This document shows positions 55,494-57,308 of a stretch of 57,308 nt of DNA, in pieces (positions within the stretch are counted from its first letter, which is position 1; every line of letters starts with the position of its first letter). Made by a program: the position numbers and the translations under genes. A model generated the notes under the pieces. It had not been told where the DNA came from, ran no database searches, and saw only the letters and a list, made by a program, of their open reading frames with translations. Source of the DNA: Candidatus Omnitrophota bacterium (GTDB lineage: Bacteria; Omnitrophota; Omnitrophia; Omnitrophales; Aquincolibacteriaceae); the NCBI GenBank assembly GCA_043803685.1, contig JAZDJU010000049.1, positions 1-57,308 on the forward strand, in the 5' to 3' direction.

Positions 55494-55525
55494 ATTGTAC
55501 CAAACCAGACTGTTTTTGTCCAGTT
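55494..55525 (-). promoter_or_regulatory. suf operon promoter overlapped by an IscR type-1-like operator
   Basis: TGGACA - 17 nt - TACAAT with extended TG; palindrome AACTGGAC-N7-GTCTGGTT (55525-55503) covers the -35 box and spacer. Confidence 0.7.
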
Positions 55526-55582
55526 ACAGACTTCTCTGAAATTGTATTGCTATAACCCAGGAAATTGAAAACGAAAGGAATG

Positions 55583-55969
55583 TTAGGGTTTGGGGGTAAA
55601 AAGGCTTTTCAGAAAATCTTTCCAGCCGGGCCCGGAGCCGAAGCTCTTGGACTGGATGACCTTGATCGTGACACGGACACCATTCCCCCAAGGCCAAAGG
55701 AACGCGTATTCAGCATAGTCCGCGTCCTGGCGAAAATACATCGTCTGCTCCTTGCGGATGCCCCCGTAAGGCTTGGCATGCTGGTTCGCTTTTCCACAAG
55801 GAAATTGCCCTTCGGGCTTGAGCGGCGGCCCAAAATAATCCGTCAAGACCTTGTGTAACGAAGCAAGACCTTCTTTGGAGACCACGGCCTCAAAATAATC
55901 CTCCGAGTGGGCACGGGATTCCTCGACCTTCAGGGTCTGCATCTCCGTGAGAAAATCCTGGAATTTCAT
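55583..55969 (-). CDS. Hypothetical protein
   Basis: 128-aa ORF, ATGA overlap with the upstream gene; FGPPLKP, GGIR.EQT, WPW motifs. Confidence 0.75.
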   Translation of the reverse strand: MKFQDFLTEMQTLKVEESRAHSEDYFEAVVSKEGLASLHKVLTDYFGPPLKPEGQFPCGKANQHAKPYGGIRKEQTMYFRQDADYAEYAFLWPWGNGVRVTIKVIQSKSFGSGPGWKDFLKSLFTPKP

Positions 55970-56553
55970 GTCGCCTTCCGTGGGGACAGGGCGGTTGGTG
56001 CGTCGAAGCGAAGCGTGCGGATGAGCGAAAGAAAGGAAGGATAACTAAGGGCAAAACCGTCTTCCGTGTCCTTGAACGTGACCGAAAAAAGTTTTCCCTG
56101 GTGAACCAGGACATAATTGATATACCGGGCTGCAAGCCTGCCTTCCATGACATTCTTGAACTCCCCCGGCTTCAAGACATAAACACAGAACTTCGCCTTT
56201 TCTCCGCCGAGCTTCGTTTCACCCTGGGTACGGATATCGATCGAGGCGAATTGGGGACTGAAAAGATCTTCCCATCTCAGCTGGTCGATCGTCCTGACCT
56301 CATCAAGATCTCTTTCGGTGATGTGGAACGTCGCGAGGGTCCCCTTTTTTCCGTAGGAGACCACGACGTCCTTGAACGGCAGGGCAAGCTCCATCCAATC
56401 CTGTGAAGGCTGGATCGAAAAACCTTTGGAAGGCGCCGGGACTTTCTCCGCGCAGAGAAATTGGACGGGAAGGGCCATGAACAACGCAGCTGCAAGAACG
56501 AGTACTTTGTGTGACAAACTAATCAACCTCGTTGAGGGAAAGGACGCGGTCAA
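55966..56553 (-). CDS. Exported hypothetical protein (PsbP/DcrB-like fold)
   Basis: Signal peptide; FSIQP..DW, LGGEKA, H.GKLFSVTF, F..LIRTLRF pattern. Confidence 0.6.
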   Translation of the reverse strand: MTASFPSTRLISLSHKVLVLAAALFMALPVQFLCAEKVPAPSKGFSIQPSQDWMELALPFKDVVVSYGKKGTLATFHITERDLDEVRTIDQLRWEDLFSPQFASIDIRTQGETKLGGEKAKFCVYVLKPGEFKNVMEGRLAARYINYVLVHQGKLFSVTFKDTEDGFALSYPSFLSLIRTLRFDAPTALSPRKAT

Positions 56554-57308
56554 AGAGCGAGCCGATGTAGGAACGACCGTTCAGCTCCAGGTCGGAGACG
56601 ACCACCTGGTTGATCCTTTTTTTCTCGTCCGCCAATCGATCCTCCCCCGTGCGCTCTGCCCACGTGGAATGGATCACATAGAACTGGTCGTTCACCATCC
56701 CGAGATAGAGCATCTGATGTTTCGGCATTTTGAGAAGCGTGATCCCGGGCCTCGCGGACTTCAGAGCGGCCTTCCGGGCCTCGTCATCCTGGAACGGCTG
56801 AAAATAACCGAGTTGGGTCCCGACCATGGACTGTTGTTTGGAATCGCGCGGAAGATCGACCCCAAAACTCAGGAACACATCATGCACGAATCCCGAACAA
56901 TCGCGGCCGTTGTACATGCCGCCCCAGCCGTAACGCTCGCCCAGAAGTTTGAACGCCTGCCGGATCACGTTGGCCTGACTGTAGACCGGAAACCCTTTGG
57001 TCACATCGCTCTTCCGGCTGATGTAACACTTCTTCAATTTCACTTCGCCGCCCTCTTTACGGGTCGGCATCCAAACGGGATAAGGACCTTCGGAGGACTT
57101 GGAAGAAGCCATCGGGATCACCGTCCCCATGCTCGGCCGCTGGAAAACGTCCTTCAAGGTCGCGTCGCTGAAAACGCGGACGCTCTCGCCTGTCACCACA
57201 AGAAAACCGCCGGACTTGAGACGGGTCTTGAGATCTTCCCGTCCCTCAAAAAGCGCGACATCCTTTGCCTTGACCCACCCCCAGACATACGGCGCCTGAA
57301 CGTAGAAC
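56519..57308 (-). CDS. SH3 + NlpC/P60 peptidoglycan endopeptidase, 5' end beyond window
   Basis: FYVQAPYVWGWVK (SH3-like), YGWGG...RDCSGF (catalytic Cys), LPRDS, HQMLYLG...IHS. Confidence 0.9.
   Translation of the reverse strand, partial: FYVQAPYVWGWVKAKDVALFEGREDLKTRLKSGGFLVVTGESVRVFSDATLKDVFQRPSMGTVIPMASSKSSEGPYPVWMPTRKEGGEVKLKKCYISRKSDVTKGFPVYSQANVIRQAFKLLGERYGWGGMYNGRDCSGFVHDVFLSFGVDLPRDSKQQSMVGTQLGYFQPFQDDEARKAALKSARPGITLLKMPKHQMLYLGMVNDQFYVIHSTWAERTGEDRLADEKKRINQVVVSDLELNGRSYIGSLFDRVLSLNEVD

Noticed and set aside
1..57308. Prophage, integron or IS element
   Set aside because: No integrase, transposase or phage structural gene was recognised; only att-like and REP-like remnants.

Overview
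Bacterial chromosomal window, mostly encoded on the minus strand. The gene content suggests the PVC superphylum, most plausibly Ca. Omnitrophota (inference from a giant modular protein and chlamydial OmcB-like proteins; not verified). Housekeeping blocks: tRNA-Glu, tRNA-Lys, rpsB-tsf-pyrH-frr, aspA/fumC, metF and an rrf2-sufBCDSU-sufT operon. Accessory content: two toxin-antitoxin pairs, two-component systems, an orphan TpsB, OmcB-like proteins with a passenger-less autotransporter, and a sugar C-methylation cluster. Strongest candidates for undescribed biology: (1) a 2452-aa signal-peptide protein with a TIKI/ChaN/EreA-like N-terminal domain and cargo modules (five receiver domains, a GT9-like domain, unknown domains) separated by seven RSE[V/M/I/L]R motifs, which resembles a self-processing effector polyprotein; (2) a c-di-GMP-I riboswitch upstream of rlpA with a 60-nt two-hairpin insertion in the aptamer; (3) a cold-shock gene with a leader terminator, a hairpin next to the RBS and a 3' array of four hairpins that includes a second copy of that hairpin; (4) at least ten 7/8-nt-periodic stem-loops, mostly just after stop codons. 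All calls come from motif reading by eye; no database searches were run.
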